A program made the position numbers and the translations under genes. From positions 160,001 through 224,000 of the forward strand of contig CBDBCY010000004.1 in assembly GCA_965203555.1 (NCBI GenBank): 64,000 nt of DNA, given 5' to 3'. Positions 52,965 to 63,013 of this stretch are shown in pieces; the first letter of the stretch is position 1, and each line of letters starts with the position of its first letter. This DNA comes from Acidimicrobiia bacterium. Its GTDB lineage: Bacteria; Actinomycetota; Acidimicrobiia; Spongiisociales; ZC4RG35. The notes below the pieces were generated by a model. The model did not search any database and was not told the origin of the DNA. It worked only from the letters and a program-made list of their open reading frames with translations.

Positions 52965-55365
52965 GTGTTGGAGTTGTCTGAGGGCTTGGTGACGGAGGGT
53001 GAAGCCGGTTTGCGGGAACGGCTTTATAGGTTGAGCCGGGCGAGTCTGCGTATTAATGAGAGTCTGGATTTTGATTCGGTGCTTCAGGGTGCTTTGGATT
53101 CGGCTTGTTCGTTGACTGGCGCCCGTTATGGGGTGATGGCTATGTTGGATGGCGGGGGGCGGGTGGGGGACTTTTTGTCGTCGGGATTGAGCGGTGAGCA
53201 GGCCGAACAGCTCTGGCAGACCCCCCAGAGGTGGGAAATATTCGAGCGTTTGGGCCGCGTGTCCGTACCTTTGCGTGTTCCTGACCTGGTGGGCCATGTG
53301 AGGTCTTTGGGGTTTGACGGGTTCCGTCTGCCCTTGGCGGGCGGGTCGGTGTGGCCGTTTTTGGCGTCGCCGATGTTCCATGGTACCGAGCGGGTAGGTA
53401 ATGTCTTTTTGGCCGGGCGGGTGGACGGGGCCGAGTTCAGCGGGGAGGACGAGCAGACTCTGGTGATGTTCGCTTCTCAGGCGGCGTTGGTGATTGCTAA
53501 CGCCCGGCGGCATCTTGAAGAGCGGCGGGCCCGGGCCGCCTTGGAGACGCTGATCGATACTTCTCCGGTGGGTGTGGTGGTGTTCGATGCCGTGTCCGGA
53601 GCGCCTAAGTCTTTCAATCGGGAAGCGCGGAGGATCGCGGACAGCCTGGCGGACTCCGATCAGTCTCCTGAGATGCTCTTGGACGTGATCACCTGCAGGC
53701 GGGCCGATGGGCGGGAGGTTTCCTTGCGGGAGTTTCCGTTGGCCGAGTTGCTGAGCGCGGGGGAGACGCTGCGGGCCGAGGAGATTGTCTTGGCGGTTCC
53801 CGACGGGCGCTGTGTCACGGTGCTGTTAAACGCGACGCCGATCTTCTCCGATGCGGGCGAGGTGGAGTCGGCGGTGGTGACGCTCCAGGACATGGCCGAC
53901 GTGGAGGAGTTGGAGCGCCTACGGGCCGAGTTTTTGGCCATGGTCAGCCACGAGTTGCGGGCGCCCTTGACCTCCATCAAGGGTTCCACTGCCACGGTGC
54001 TGGATTCGCCCGTGGACCTGGACCCGGCCGTGGTCCGCCAGTTTTTCCGTATCATTTCCGAGCAGGCCGATCACATGCACGGCCTGGTGTCCGATCTCCT
54101 GGACGTAGCTCGGATCGAGACGGGCACGCTGGCGGTCGGTCCCGAACCGGCGGAGGTGGCCATGCTGGTGGAGCGGGCGAGGCGTGCTTTCACGGGTGGT
54201 GGGGGCCGGAACGACCTGGCCATCGACATCGAGCCCGGTCTTCCGCTGGTGATGGCGGACCGGCGGCGAATCCTCCAGGTGCTGGTCAACCTGCTGACCA
54301 ACGCGGCCCGCCACTCCCCGCGGCCGTCGGTCATCACGATAACCGCCACCCGCGACGGGACACATGTGGCCGTCTCGGTAGTCGACGAGGGGCGGGGCAT
54401 CCCGGCCGAGAGCCTGCCCGGTTTGTTCCGGAAGTTCTCCGCGGCGAAGTCCGAGGAACCGGGCGGGGACACCGGGCTGGGCCTGGCGATCTGCAGAGGG
54501 ATAGTAGAGGCCCACGGGGGACGCATCTGGGCCGAGAGCGACGGCCCGGACCTCGGCGCCCGTTTCACCTTCACCCTGCCCACAGTGGAACCAACCAGCG
54601 GCGCAACAGCCGGTGCTCGCCCGCCGTCATCGAGGCGCTTGTCCCGCGGGCAGCAAGAGACGGGAGAAGGGGTGCGGGTACTGGCGGTGGACGACGACCC
54701 CAGAGACCTCCGGTACGTCCAGGACACCCTCATCCAGTCGGGATACGCTCCCACGGTAACCGGGGACCCCGAGGAAGCGCTCCGTCTCATGGAAGAGGAC
54801 CGGCCCCGGCTGGTGCTGCTGGACCTCATGCTCCCCGGGACAGACGGCATCAAGCTGATGGGAGAGATCCTGAACACCGCGGACGTGCCGGTCATCTTCC
54901 TCTCCGCCTACGGCAGGGACGACCTCATCGCCGAAGCTCTCAACAAAGGCGCCTCCGACTACGTCCTCAAGCCCTTCTCGCCAACAGAGCTGACAGCAAG
55001 AATCGGAGCGGCCCTCCGCCGCAGCGCCCGTCCCCGAGCCCCTGGAGCCATACCAACTGGGCGACCTGACCATCAACTACCCCGAACGCAGAGTGACCCT
55101 AGCCGACCGGCCCGTGCACCTCCTCCCAATGGAATACCGAATGCTCACCGCGCTCTCGACCAGCGCCGGACGGGTACTCACCTACAAACAACTGCTAAAC
55201 CGAGTGTGGGAGGACAAAGAAAGCCGCGACCTGCGACCCATGCGCACCATTGTCCGCAAACTCCGACAAAAACTAAACGACGACGCCCGCAACCCCACCT
55301 ACATCTTCACCGAACCCCGCGTCGGCTACCGAATGCCAAAAGGAGAGAAAAGAAAAACGCACTGA
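52965..55365 (+). CDS. Soluble hybrid GAF-PAS-histidine kinase-receiver-winged-helix protein; +1 frameshift at ~55028
   Basis: H-box VSHELRAPLT, N-box NLLTNA, G-boxes DEGRGI and GTGLGL, receiver DDD...LLDLMLP...KPF. The KdpE/OmpR-type DNA-binding domain (EYRML...VLTYKQLL..VW...PTYIFTEPRVGY) continues in another frame. Confidence 0.85.
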
Positions 55366-55635
55366 CCCAGTCAGATAACCCTGCGATGAGGTTCTGCTCA
55401 TATTTTGCGGACCGTGGCGGCGAACTTGTCCGCGACTGGGTGCGGGCACTATCCAACCACTCGTCTTCTGTGATCTCTCCACGCTTAGCAGCGCCGGCGA
55501 GAATCCGCCTCGTTGGCCCTGCCGCCGTTCACTCCTGTCTACATGCCTACCAGCATGCAAAGATGGTGTGACACCCCAACCCCACACCCCAACCTGTGAA
55601 AAAGACGCTAGCCGGCCAAGCCTGCGGCAGACATG

Positions 55636-56436
55636 CTAAGCCGAGGAGTTCCGGCCCAGGCGCCTCTCGCCGGCGTAGACCACCATCTCCTCGCCCCGTA
55701 CGAACCCGGCCAGGGTGAGTCCCACCTCTTCGGCGAGATCGGCCGCCAGGGTGGAGGCGGCGGAAATCCCGGCCACCACGGGGATGCCGGCCACGGCCGC
55801 CTTCTGAGTTATCTCGAAAGAGATCCTGCCGGAGACCATCAGGATCAACTCGCCCAACGGCCATCTCCTCCGAGCCATGGCGCCCACCGCCTTGTCCACC
55901 GCGTTGTGGCGACCCACGTCCTCGGCGATGGCCAGCAACTCCCCGGCGGCATTGAACAAGCCGGCCGCGTGGGACCCTCCGGTGGCGGCGAAGGACTCTT
56001 GGGCGCTGCGCAAGCGATCGGGAAGGACGGTGATCGTCCTTCTGGTCAGTTCCGGTCCCGACGGGAGAGGGCGGGAACTGATCAGGACCGCATCGATGGA
56101 GGCTTTTCCGCACACCCCGCAGGATGAAGAGGTGTAAGTATTCCGCCGGAATTGCTCAGGATCGATGCTCACCCCCGGCGCCAACTCCAACTCGTACCGG
56201 TCGCCCGACCCGATGGACCGGACACCGGCCACCTCCGCGGGACGGTCGACTATCCCCTCGGTGATGGCAAACCCCAGCGCCAGATCCTCCTCCTGGCCGG
56301 GCGTCCTCATCATCACCGCGATGGGTACTCCCGCCAACCGGATCTCCATGGGGGATTCCTCCACCAACCGGTCCCTTACCCGATGGGTGAGGAGGGGGCC
56401 GACTTTCAACACCTGGCGTCCACTGAGGCGCGACAT
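55636..56436 (-). CDS. fdhD: Formate dehydrogenase accessory sulfurtransferase
   Basis: MRTPG, GF..TEG, SSCGVCG, TGGSHAA, EDVGRHNAVDK, SGRISFE. Confidence 0.94.
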   Translation of the reverse strand: MSRLSGRQVLKVGPLLTHRVRDRLVEESPMEIRLAGVPIAVMMRTPGQEEDLALGFAITEGIVDRPAEVAGVRSIGSGDRYELELAPGVSIDPEQFRRNTYTSSSCGVCGKASIDAVLISSRPLPSGPELTRRTITVLPDRLRSAQESFAATGGSHAAGLFNAAGELLAIAEDVGRHNAVDKAVGAMARRRWPLGELILMVSGRISFEITQKAAVAGIPVVAGISAASTLAADLAEEVGLTLAGFVRGEEMVVYAGERRLGRNSSA

Positions 56437-56504
56437 GTAAGTCAACATTAGGAGGTCGGCCAAAAGGTTTCTTTATTTGTGCCTGTCATGCGACAATTAG
56501 AAAG

Positions 56505-57588
56505 ATGCGAGTAGACAATTTCGGCGCCGGCCCGTGCACCCTCCCCCTGTCCATTCTCGAAGAGGCCCGAGCGGAGTTCTTGGACTTTGCGGGCAGCGGG
56601 ATGTCCATCCTGGAACTCAGCCACCGTTCCGCCTTCTATGAGACCGTCCACGAGGAGGCGCTGTCCCTGGCGAGGGAGGTGTCGGGCGCGCCGGATGACT
56701 TCGAAGTGCTGGTGATCGCGGGCGGGGCCACCATGCAATTCGCCATGATCCCGGCCAATTTGCTGTCGGAGCGCGGCAGCAGGGGCGGCTATTTGAGGAC
56801 CGGCACCTGGGGTCGGTTGGCCCTGGCGGATGCCGGGCGATGGGGCGACGCCTACTGTGCCTGGGACGGGGAGCCCCACGGGTACCGGAGGATGCCCGAC
56901 GTTGACGAAATCCACGTCCAGCCAGATACCCGGTTCTTGCATGTGACCTCCAACGAGACCATAGGCGGGATAAGGATGCCGGAGATACCCGCCGTCGGCG
57001 TGCCTTTGGTGTGTGACGTCTCCTCGGACTTCATGGCCCGGCCCATCCCATGGGAACTCTGCGACCTGGTGTACGGGGGGGTGCAGAAGAACCTTGCCCC
57101 GGCCGGGATGGGGTTGGTGTTCGTACGGCACCGCGTCCTGGAGAGTCTGACCGGTTCGCTACCCCGGTTTTTCGACTATCGCTGGTATGCCGACAAGGGT
57201 TCGACGGGCAACACCCCGCCCGTTCTACCGATTTACATGATGGGCAAGATGCTCAAACTATTGCGCGATCTGGGTGGAGTGAAGGGGTTGGAAGAGCGCA
57301 CCGCCCAAAAGGCTCGCCTGATCTACGATGTCATCGACCGAAGCGACGGCTACTACCACAGCCCGGTGGATCCGAGGCACCGTTCTCACACCAACGTGGT
57401 GTTCCGACTGCCCACACCCGAGGCAGAGTTTGCAGTTTGTCGGCCAAGCCGCCGCGGCGGGCCTGGTGGGACTGAAGGGTCATAGATCGGTGGGTGGCTG
57501 TCGGGCCAGCCTGTACGCCGGTTTGGAGCTGCGCAGCGCCGCCAGGCTGGCTTCCTTCATGAGCGAATTTCGGGCAGACAACTCCTGA
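56505..57588 (+). CDS. serC: Phosphoserine aminotransferase; +1 frameshift at ~57430
   Basis: NFGAGP, ELSHRS, NETI.G, QKN, NTPP; the C-terminal LKGHRSVGGCRASLY lies in a shifted frame (ORF 57328-57588). Confidence 0.9.
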
Positions 57589-57667
57589 ACCGAGGGAAAA
57601 CTTCACCGAAGACCTAGGTGCAAGACCGGGGCTAGACTTAGACCCGTCTAGGAGAGAGCGCGTCCGT

Positions 57668-58183
57668 ATGAGCAAAACCGACACGATGCCCAAGCTCACT
57701 GTGGCCGAAAGGCTGCGAGATCTACTTGGCCCGTACCTTGAGGCCGAGTGTTTGGAGCTGGACGACCTCCAATTGCTGGGAGGTGGAGGAGCTCGGGTAT
57801 TGCGGGTGGTGGTGGACGGCGAGGGCGGGGTTACCCTCGACCGTCTGGCCGAAACTTCCCGTCGGCTGTCGAGGTTGTTGGACGCAGACGCCCAGATGCA
57901 GGGTCCCTACCGGCTGGAAGTGACGTCCCCCGGTTTGGAACGGAGTCTCAGAACGGCCCGTCATTTCCAAAAGTCGGTTGATCGGGAGGTGGTGATGAAG
58001 GTCCGCACCGATGCGGGGGTGCGCAGCCTCCGGGGACAGTTGGCCTCCGCCGACCGTCACGGGTGTGAAATCTCGGCGGAGGGTGATCTCCAATGGTTTC
58101 CCTACGGTGACGTCCTTTCGGCCCGCACCGTCTTCCGATGGCAGGCCGCGCCCAAGCCCGGCAAAGGCAAGGTGAAGTCATGA
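57668..58183 (+). CDS. rimP: Ribosome maturation factor RimP
   Basis: LRVVVD, YRLEVTSPGLER; position upstream of nusA. Confidence 0.93.
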   Translation: MSKTDTMPKLTVAERLRDLLGPYLEAECLELDDLQLLGGGGARVLRVVVDGEGGVTLDRLAETSRRLSRLLDADAQMQGPYRLEVTSPGLERSLRTARHFQKSVDREVVMKVRTDAGVRSLRGQLASADRHGCEISAEGDLQWFPYGDVLSARTVFRWQAAPKPGKGKVKS

Positions 58184-59283
58184 AGATCGATTATCAGGTC
58201 ATGGAGGCGCTGGAGCTATTGGAGAGAGAACGCGGGGTGCCGGTCGAGACGATCCTGGATGCCCTGGCCAACGCTCTGGTGTCCGCCTACAAGCGCACTT
58301 CGGGCAGAGCCGAGGAGGCGCGGGTAACCATCGATCCCGATGCCGGGGACATACGAGTCTTCGGTCAGATCCTGGATGAGGAAGGCGCCGTGGTCAGAGA
58401 GTGGGAGGACAAGTCCCAGGAGTTCGGCCGCATAGCCGCCCAAACCGCCAAGCAGGTGATAGCTCAACGGCTGCGGATCGCCAAGCGTGAACAGATCTAT
58501 GCCGCCTACGCCGGAAGGGAGGGCGATCTGGTCACCGGTATCGTGCAACAGGTCGACGGGCGGTATGTCATCTTCGATCTGGGTAACGCCGAGGCGCTCA
58601 TGCCGGCCTCCGAGCGCATTCCCCATCAGATGCTGGACCGGGGCAATCGGGCCAAGGCCCTCATACTGGAAGTCAAGAACGAGCCCAAGGGACCCCAGAT
58701 CATTCTCAGTCGTTCCCATCCTGATCTGGTGCGCCGACTGCTGGAATTGGAAGTGCCCGAACTGGTGGAAGGCGTGGTGGAGATAGTGGCGATCGCCCGC
58801 GAGCCCGGTCACCGGACCAAGATCGCGGTGGTCTCTCACGATCCCAACGTCGATCCCCGCGGCGCCTGCGTGGGCGCCAGAGGTTCCCGCGTTCAGCAGG
58901 TAGTCAAAGAACTGCGGAACGAGAAGGTGGATGTCGTCCAGTACCAGGAGGACGTGGCTGCTTTCATCGCCGACGCCTTGGGGCCGGCCCGGATTCGCGA
59001 GGTGAGGATCAACGAAGAGGAAAAGAGCGCCGAGGTTATCGTTTCCGAGCACCAGCTTTCCCTGGCGATCGGCAAGGAAGGCCAGAATGCCCGCCTGGCC
59101 GCCCGCCTGACCGGATACCGGATCGACATTCGTTCTGATGAACCGCCTCCCTCTCCGGGAGCGGGCGCCGGGGGACGCCCACCGATGTCCCGACCGGTTT
59201 CGGGAGGTCGACCGAGGACCGCTCCCAGGCCTGACGGTCGTTCCATGCCCAGGAGTCCAGGTTCGCAAGCTGCCTCTTCCTGA
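58180..59283 (+). CDS. nusA: Transcription termination factor NusA
   Basis: FGRIAAQTAKQVI, AREPGHRTKIAV, ACVG, LSLAIGKEGQNARLAA. Confidence 0.97.
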   Translation: MKIDYQVMEALELLERERGVPVETILDALANALVSAYKRTSGRAEEARVTIDPDAGDIRVFGQILDEEGAVVREWEDKSQEFGRIAAQTAKQVIAQRLRIAKREQIYAAYAGREGDLVTGIVQQVDGRYVIFDLGNAEALMPASERIPHQMLDRGNRAKALILEVKNEPKGPQIILSRSHPDLVRRLLELEVPELVEGVVEIVAIAREPGHRTKIAVVSHDPNVDPRGACVGARGSRVQQVVKELRNEKVDVVQYQEDVAAFIADALGPARIREVRINEEEKSAEVIVSEHQLSLAIGKEGQNARLAARLTGYRIDIRSDEPPPSPGAGAGGRPPMSRPVSGGRPRTAPRPDGRSMPRSPGSQAASS

Positions 59284-59307
59284 CCGGGGTTTGGGTCTCG
59301 GTGCGCT

Positions 59308-61362
59308 ATGACTAGGGTCAGGATTTATCAGATTGCCCGTGATCTGGGTTTGACCACCCAGGAGGTGCTGAACCAGGCCACCGCCATTGGTTTGACGGTG
59401 AAGGCCGCTTCCTCCACCATTTCCAACGAGGAAGCCGAGTTGGTGCGCTTCGCCTTGGTGGGGGAGCAGAAGGAGGAAAGGAAGCCTAAGCCCGAGCCGG
59501 TCCGGAAGCCGCCTTCCGCCAAGCCTGTAGCCCACCGAGAGCCGGAACCGGCGCCGCCGGTTGTCGAGGAGGATCCGCCGTCGCAGTCTGAAGAGGATGA
59601 CCGGGTGGTTGAGGTTCCCGAGACGGCGTTGGTTCTCGAGTACGCCGAAGCGATCGGGGTTCCGGTAGGCGAGGTGGTGGCAAAGTTGATCGGCCTGGGA
59701 GAGATGGTGGGCGCCGGTCAGCGTATGCCACGGGAGACGATGGAGGATGTGGGGGAGAGTTTCGGAGTGCTGGTGGAGGTGATCAGGTCCGAGCCCGAGC
59801 GAGGCCCGGTGGTGAGGTTGCGGGATGTCCCCGACGACAATCCGAAGGACCTGGTGGAACGGCCTCCGATCGTCACCGTGATGGGCCACGTCGATCATGG
59901 GAAGACCACCCTGCTCGATGCTCTGCGCCGCACCGATGTGGTGTCGGGTGAGGCGGGTGGAATCACCCAGCACATCGGGGCCTACCAGGCCACGGTGGCG
60001 GGGAACCGGATCACTTTCATCGACACCCCTGGTCATGAGGCGTTCACGACCCTGCGGGCAAGAGGGGCGGAAATCACCGACATAGTGGTCCTGGTGATCG
60101 CGGCGGATGATGGAGTCATGCCCCAGACGGTCGAGGCGATCAGCCACGCCCGGGCCGCGGGGGTCGACATGCTGGTGGCCATCAACAAGATCGACCGCCT
60201 CGGGGCCGATCCGGTGGCGGTCAGGGCCAAGCTCACCGAGCAGAATGTCATCACCGAGGAACTGGGGGGCGATGTGCCCAGCGTGGAGATTTCCGCCACC
60301 AGGGGCGACGGTTTGGACGATCTGTTGGAGACCCTCGACCTGATGGCGCAGATCAAGGAACTGAAAGCCTCTCCCAAGCCGCTTGCCTCGGGGGTGGTGG
60401 TGGACTCGCGACTCGACCACGGCATGGGACCGGTGGCCACCGTAATCGTCCAGCGGGGCACTCTACGGCGGGGCAGCGCCCTGGTGGCCGGGGCGGTGTC
60501 GGGGCGGGTGAGAGCCATGTTCAACCATGCGGGGAAGAGAGTCAACGCCGCAGGTCCGTCGGCGCCGGTGCTGGTAATGGGTTGGAGCGAGGCGCCCGAG
60601 GCGGGAGAGGGATTCGAGGTGGTCAAGAACGAGCGCCTGGCGAGGCGCATGGCTTCGGATCAGGCCGACCTTGATCGGGAGACTCGGATCAGGGCGGAGA
60701 TGCCCACCGCACGGGACCGTTTCGTGCAGCACCTCGAGCAGTTGCAGTCCACCGAGGGTGAACTGCGGCTGATCGTCAAAGGCGACTTGCAGGGGTCGGT
60801 GGAGACCCTCCGCGAGGCGATCGGCAAGATCAAGCGAGAGAAGGGACGGATCTCCATCGTTCACTCGGCGGTGGGGGGGATCAACCTCAACGACGTCAAT
60901 CTCAGTGACGTCACGGGGGCCGTGATCGTGGGTTTCAATGTCCGGGCGGAGAGCAAAGCGGCCCGCGAGGCTCGACAGCGCGGGATAGAGATGCGCTCTT
61001 ACTCGGTGATCTACGAGTTGTTGGACGATGTCGAGCAGATGATGGTGGGCAAGCTCGCTCCTGAACGACACGAGGAGATTCTGGGAACGGCCGAGGTTCG
61101 GGCCCTTTTCCGGGTCCCCAGAGCCATGGCGGCGGGTTGTTTCGTGAAGGAGGGCCGGATCGTGCAGGGCGCCGACGTACGCCTGTACCGCGACGATGTG
61201 GTGATCTACACGGGTACCGTGGCTTCGCTGCGCAGGTTCAAGCAGGATGTGGATGAGGTGCCCTTCGGCCTTGAATGCGGAATAGTCCTGGAGCGTTACA
61301 ACGATGTGAAGGAAGGGGACCTGATCGAGGCTTTCACGGTTAGGGAGGTCATGCCCACCTGA
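59308..61362 (+). CDS. infB: Translation initiation factor IF-2 (short N-terminal region)
   Basis: MGHVDHGKTTLLD, GGITQHIGAY, DTPGHEAF, NKID, SLRRFK, ECGI. Confidence 0.98.
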   Translation: MTRVRIYQIARDLGLTTQEVLNQATAIGLTVKAASSTISNEEAELVRFALVGEQKEERKPKPEPVRKPPSAKPVAHREPEPAPPVVEEDPPSQSEEDDRVVEVPETALVLEYAEAIGVPVGEVVAKLIGLGEMVGAGQRMPRETMEDVGESFGVLVEVIRSEPERGPVVRLRDVPDDNPKDLVERPPIVTVMGHVDHGKTTLLDALRRTDVVSGEAGGITQHIGAYQATVAGNRITFIDTPGHEAFTTLRARGAEITDIVVLVIAADDGVMPQTVEAISHARAAGVDMLVAINKIDRLGADPVAVRAKLTEQNVITEELGGDVPSVEISATRGDGLDDLLETLDLMAQIKELKASPKPLASGVVVDSRLDHGMGPVATVIVQRGTLRRGSALVAGAVSGRVRAMFNHAGKRVNAAGPSAPVLVMGWSEAPEAGEGFEVVKNERLARRMASDQADLDRETRIRAEMPTARDRFVQHLEQLQSTEGELRLIVKGDLQGSVETLREAIGKIKREKGRISIVHSAVGGINLNDVNLSDVTGAVIVGFNVRAESKAAREARQRGIEMRSYSVIYELLDDVEQMMVGKLAPERHEEILGTAEVRALFRVPRAMAAGCFVKEGRIVQGADVRLYRDDVVIYTGTVASLRRFKQDVDEVPFGLECGIVLERYNDVKEGDLIEAFTVREVMPT

Positions 61363-61667
61363 TGGAGGCGGCGGCAATGCGCTTTGAATTATCGCTTCCC
61401 GCCACCCGGTCGCTGAAGGAGAAACGCTCGGTGCTGCGGCCGGTAGTGGAGGGTCTACGGAGGATGTCCTCCTATTCGGTGGCGGAGGTCGATCATCATG
61501 ATCTGTGGCGTCGCGCCGGATTGGGAGTGGCGGTGGTAGCCGTCAACCGCCGAGAGTTGGAGAAGATGATCCACAAGGTTGAGAGGTATCTTGACGCCAA
61601 GCACGAGGTGGATGTGATGCGGGTCTTGATTTCCTACCTGGATCATCCCGAACCAAGGGACCGATGA
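61362..61667 (+). CDS. DUF503 family protein
   Basis: SLKEKRSV, SVAEVDHHDLW; infB-DUF503-rbfA synteny. Confidence 0.88.
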   Translation: MEAAAMRFELSLPATRSLKEKRSVLRPVVEGLRRMSSYSVAEVDHHDLWRRAGLGVAVVAVNRRELEKMIHKVERYLDAKHEVDVMRVLISYLDHPEPRDR

Positions 61668-61670
61668 CAG

Positions 61671-62036
61671 ATGCAAAGCGGCCGCTTTCCCCGCATGAGG
61701 CGGGTCAACTCGATCATCTGGGAGGTTTTGGCTGATGAAGTGCACCTTCTTTCGGATCCCCGGTTGGGTTCGGTGACGATCACCGGCGTGGACACTTCTC
61801 CGGACCTGCGGCGGGCGGTCGTGTTCTATTCGGTGGCGGACATGTCCCGCCTCGAGGAGGTCGGGGACGGCCTGAACTCTGCCGCCGGACGTCTGCAGGG
61901 GCGCCTGGCTTCCCAGGTGCGACTCAAGTACACGCCCCGACTCAACTTTCAGCCCGACCAGGGGGTGATCGGCGGGCAGAGAATCGAGAGCCTGCTCAGA
62001 AAATCCCCCAGGCTCGGTCTGGGAGGTGAGAGGTGA
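61671..62036 (+). CDS. rbfA: Ribosome-binding factor A
   Basis: DPRL..VTITGV..SPDL..A, LKYTPRL.F..D. Confidence 0.94.
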   Translation: MQSGRFPRMRRVNSIIWEVLADEVHLLSDPRLGSVTITGVDTSPDLRRAVVFYSVADMSRLEEVGDGLNSAAGRLQGRLASQVRLKYTPRLNFQPDQGVIGGQRIESLLRKSPRLGLGGER

Positions 62037-63013
62037 ATCGACCGGAGGACCTTGACGGGGCCATCCGGGGCGCGGCGCAGGTGATCCGGACTTCCGAATC
62101 GCTGGGAGCGGTCTGCCATGAACGTCCGGACGGGGACGCGCTGGGTTCCATGCTGGGTTTTGCTGTCTCGGCCCACCTGGCCGGCCGGGAGGTGGCTGTG
62201 GCGGTGCCTCCGCCGGGTGATTTGCCCAGCCGGTACCGGTTCCTTCCCACCGGTCCGCTTTCGTCGGGCCTGGACTCCCAGGATCCGCCGGAGACGCTGG
62301 TTGCCTTTGATTGCGCCGCCCTCGACCGGTTGGGGGAGTTGGCGCCGATGGCGGAGCAGGTGCGGAACCTGGTGGTGGTGGACCATCACATCTCCAATCC
62401 TGGGTTCGGAACGCTCAACCTGGTGGACCCCCGGGCGGCCGCCACTGTCGAGTTGGTCTATGAACTGCTCCTGGAGTTGGGTTGGCCCATCGACGCGGTG
62501 GCGGCCACGTGTCTTTTGACCGGGCTGGTAACAGACACGGGGAGGTTCCAGTATTCGAACACCACTCCTCGAACCCATCGGATCGCGGCCCGGCTACTGG
62601 AAGCGGGCGCCCGCTCGGAAGTGATCGGGCAGGCGGTTTACGAGGAGGAGCCGTTCGGATTGTTGTCCGTGGCTGCGGCGGTGTTGGGCCGCGCCCGCCT
62701 GGACGCCGAGAGGGGAGTGGTCTGGTCTGTTCTGTATCCGGGGGATCTGGAGGCTGCCTCTATCAACGGCGAGGACACCGAATTGTTGATCGATCTGGTT
62801 CGCCTGCCCCGTGAGGCCCATGTGGCGATGCTGGTCCGGGAGGCGCCCGATCACGGGGTGCGGGTCAGTATGCGTTCCCGGGGGAAGGTGGATGTCGGCG
62901 CCCTGGCCGCTTCCCTGGGCGGAGGGGGACATCGCAATGCCAGTGGCTTCCGGTTCGATGGCGATCCCGGCGGGGCGGTGGCGGCGGTCCTGGAGAGAAT
63001 CCCACTTGCCTGA
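62033..63013 (+). CDS. DHH/DHHA1 phosphoesterase (NrnA-like nanoRNase)
   Basis: PDGDALGS, FDC, VDHH, TDTGRF, SMRS, GGGGH. Confidence 0.92.
   Translation: MNRPEDLDGAIRGAAQVIRTSESLGAVCHERPDGDALGSMLGFAVSAHLAGREVAVAVPPPGDLPSRYRFLPTGPLSSGLDSQDPPETLVAFDCAALDRLGELAPMAEQVRNLVVVDHHISNPGFGTLNLVDPRAAATVELVYELLLELGWPIDAVAATCLLTGLVTDTGRFQYSNTTPRTHRIAARLLEAGARSEVIGQAVYEEEPFGLLSVAAAVLGRARLDAERGVVWSVLYPGDLEAASINGEDTELLIDLVRLPREAHVAMLVREAPDHGVRVSMRSRGKVDVGALAASLGGGGHRNASGFRFDGDPGGAVAAVLERIPLA

Noticed and set aside
55030-55571. C-terminal ~180 aa of the 868-aa ORF in the track
   Set aside because: Out-of-frame read-through after the +1 frameshift; the real domain is in the 55093-55365 frame.
58216-60420. 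Long antisense ORFs over housekeeping genes (e.g. 103-1527, 12593-14011, 16485-17900, 46353-48035, 58216-60420)
   Set aside because: Typical stop-poor shadows in high-GC coding DNA, with no motifs; the opposite strand has clear genes.
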